In this document: piece after piece, positions 61,292 to 64,000 of the stretch | Position numbering within the stretch: position 1 is the stretch's first letter | Layout of the letters: every line of letters starts with the position of its first letter | NCBI GenBank assembly: GCA_038496445.1 | Contig: JALMLS010000411.1 | Span: forward strand, 147,906-211,905 | Origin: Trichosphaerium sp. ATCC 40318 | Taxonomy: Eukaryota > Protista > Tubulinea | Direction of reading: 5' to 3' | Length of the DNA: 64,000 bases | Position numbers and translations under genes: made by a program | Notes under the pieces: model-generated | What the model was told of the DNA's origin: nothing | Database searches by the model: none | Seen by the model: the letters and a program-made list of their open reading frames with translations, nothing else

Positions 61292-63312
61292 TCACCACAC
61301 AAGAGATTGTGATATTGGTGCGCTAGGTACAATTGTGCTATTAGTACTAGGCGTAAAGTGACCTTGTGCAAATATTCTTTGCACTATGTATGCTGCTATT
61401 GTAACAAAACCGTAGCCAAGACGGAAAAGTCTTGCTCTTGTTACTGTAAATCCGAATAACAAATATCCTAAAGAAACATAATTTTTAGAACAATTAAATC
61501 ACGTGACTGCTTGTAAGATAAATACCTGTCTGACCACAGTTCTGCCATATCATAAAGTAGTTGTACAGCATTTTTAAGTCTCTTGAAGATTTAGGAGGAT
61601 AGTTCTCACCCTCTTCCTCTGAGTCAATATCAAGAGTATACTCTTTATTTTTCATGAATGAAACATCAAGGAATAATTGTTGCATAGCTTGCGTTACTCC
61701 AGAAGTGAAACTAAAAATAGTCAGAAGATGTTTACCTTGTGTTGTCCGAGGCCTAGCCTTCTCAACAGTTATAAACAATAAACGCACTATAATGTATGTG
61801 CAATACACCCACCAAGCGCTGCTAGATAAAGAAAAGAACGCCAAAATCCTTTAAGCCGTGATAAGTCATGGCTTATTACGATTGCCCACAAAGCAGTGAC
61901 AAACGCTAGGCACCAAAAAACAGTAATAGTTGTCATGTAAGTTTGTACCCAGTAAGAAGATGCTACATTCTTTAGCTTTACAAAAAGTGCTTCTTTTGAA
62001 AAAATGAAGCATCAAATTACTCAATAAGTGTTCGTTGTTAAACGTACTTTCAATACGTTTACGTAGTCTTATATGTCTATTGATAGCCTCAGCAGCAGAT
62101 ATATTTGAATTCAGAGCTAGAAATGTTGGTTAAAAGAAATTGGAAGTGATTTTGGCAATAATTACCTTCTCTGTACTGCTTAACATCTGTTAAATGGCTT
62201 AAGCTCATGATATACATCAGTAACGTTGCATGGAGTAGTGATAGAAGCGCAGTGGTATGTCTAGTCAAAAACAATAAATAACAGTCACGTGTTAAAAACA
62301 ACCCTGACTACAAAAAAATAAAAAAAATGCTTGAACCAACGCACTTTAGTGTTGCTATGATTATATCCAATATTTGCCAATATATCGGTAAACCCTTCCA
62401 TGTGCCAGTAAATAAAGTACCTATGTAACGGTATTAGCATTATAAGTATGTAATTGAAGTGAATCTCTCACCTCCAACAATCTCAGCTATTGACGTTGAA
62501 AATAGTGCAACAAAAAAAACTATAAGAGTGAACGCTCTGGCGTAGCGTATACTCTTTTTATAAGACTCAATTAACTTAGCTGCATCTCCATATCCCGCAT
62601 GGACTAAAAAAAATAATTTACTATCACATGGATTAACGACTAAACAGATTTACCTTAAACAAAGAAAAAAACAAGATAAAAAAATAAAAACAACCTTTGT
62701 TCTTGTCATCACGTGCCTTCCAGTCTCTTTCTTGTACTAGTATAACATATCATTTGTACTACAGTAAATGAAACTAATCCCACAGTACTATTATTGCCGT
62801 AAACCATGGTGAAGAGTCGCTCTTTTGCCTTCAAAAAGTCTACCTACCTCAAAAGTAGTCCAACAATCAGAGAAAAGTAAGTGCCATCGTATTGAGTCGT
62901 ATCAAGGAATCTAGATAAACCCGTTATGAGCTTTAATAGGTTGTATTGCTTTACTACCCTACTACCCTGCACAGTTTCTTGTGTTTGAAGGCAAAACAAA
63001 TGAATTGCATTATAAACCCTCCTAATTAGACGTTAAGTAATAAAAATACGGTATTTATTACCTGGCGTTAGTGTAACGGATGTGGCGATAATCACAAGGT
63101 AAGTATAACGAAGTATCCAGTGTAAGTGCGTGTTTACGGATGGTACGCCTAGTACACCTGCAATCCATGATATTTTATACTGTTCGAGTATATCACACAC
63201 TCTAACTACTGTCTCCTGCTTTGTTGCTCAGTATAACACCTTCTAGATCTTAATATACCTTTTCAGGATGAAATGGAGCCTCCAGGAGAGGTTTTGAGGA
63301 CAAACGGTTCAT
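61292..63312 (-). CDS. Multi-pass membrane protein, gustatory-receptor-like / DUF3537-type 7TM candidate
   Basis: Several hydrophobic exons; C-terminal GYLLFGFTVTRARLFRLGYGFVTIAAYIVQ resembles the GRL TM7 signature. Confidence 0.65.
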
Positions 63313-64000
63313 TTTTAGGTGAACTTATTTTAACAATTTGCCATGCCTTAAACAACTCTCAAAATAGCAACAATCTATGACGAACTCTAGTCACATAACA
63401 TCTAAGTGCTTTTCGCACGTTAGAAAGCCAACTGTTAGACAAACATAAAAGCTGTGCTTTGCACATAGACTTTTTGCAACTATTTGTACAGGTTCCTCAT
63501 TGCGCCTTTATCATTGCGGAAAATTGTGACCTTTCAATTGTTGATTCATCGTGTTACAAGAGCATTACTATTGCGCTGACCACGTGACACTGAAAATTAG
63601 AGGAACAATAAAGTTTCATAGTGTGGCACAAGTTACTGTTAACATACATTGTTTCACAAAAGACCAACAAGCTAGATTCCAATGGTATTGGTGCATCTGT
63701 GTTACACAAGTACTCTTTTACGTACACCAGTACAGACATAATCAGGCTGGTTACTCTCAGAAAAGGGCAGACATTGTACTATTTACAACTTTTTTTGTTC
63801 TTTTTTTATTGGATTCGTTTAAAAACATAACTTACTTTTGTGACTTTATTGCGCCTTACGTTGACCCATACCTTTGACTATTTTAATTGGAGGTGCTTCA
63901 CGTATTTTTGGGGTCAAAGCATGGTTTGTTGCCATCCAAATAAGAATCCACTTGACGTTAGTCAACAAATACTTCAACACTTGAGTCAAAGATGTATTTT

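Noticed and set aside
63551-64000. Possible gene at the window end
   Set aside because: Too fragmentary to assign strand or product.

Overview
AT-rich (about 36% GC by eye), gene-dense eukaryotic nuclear DNA with many short (~45-60 nt) GT-AG introns, typical donor GTACG. Gene content points to a free-living protist, most likely an amoebozoan (inference). About 25 protein genes can be read. They include RPA1 and GINS1/PSF1 head-to-head around an E2F site, a WD40-tailed myosin, a receptor tyrosine kinase, a PX-PH IRE/Rim15-type kinase, an NBR1-like receptor, an ADP-ribosylglycohydrolase, a USP, an M28 peptidase, a Zn2Cys6 factor and a gustatory-receptor-like protein. Highlight 1: two unidentified, highly structured RNA genes on the minus strand (20057-19718 and 43162-42589). 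Both have CCACAA at exactly -62, a TATA-like box near -30, a G start, no internal T4 and a terminal T5, i.e. U6-like Pol III architecture, yet I could not match them by eye to U6, SRP, RNase P/MRP or U3. Five further intergenic blocks are also densely structured. Highlight 2: a spliced OAS-like nucleotidyltransferase with intact catalytic aspartates and a C-terminal membrane anchor. It lies head-to-head with an F-box/MORN-repeat gene and next to a BTB gene, a candidate anti-pathogen island that is partly duplicated, inverted, at the window start. Highlight 3: the palindrome CACGTG is strongly over-represented. All gene models and RNA folds were derived manually and need computational confirmation.
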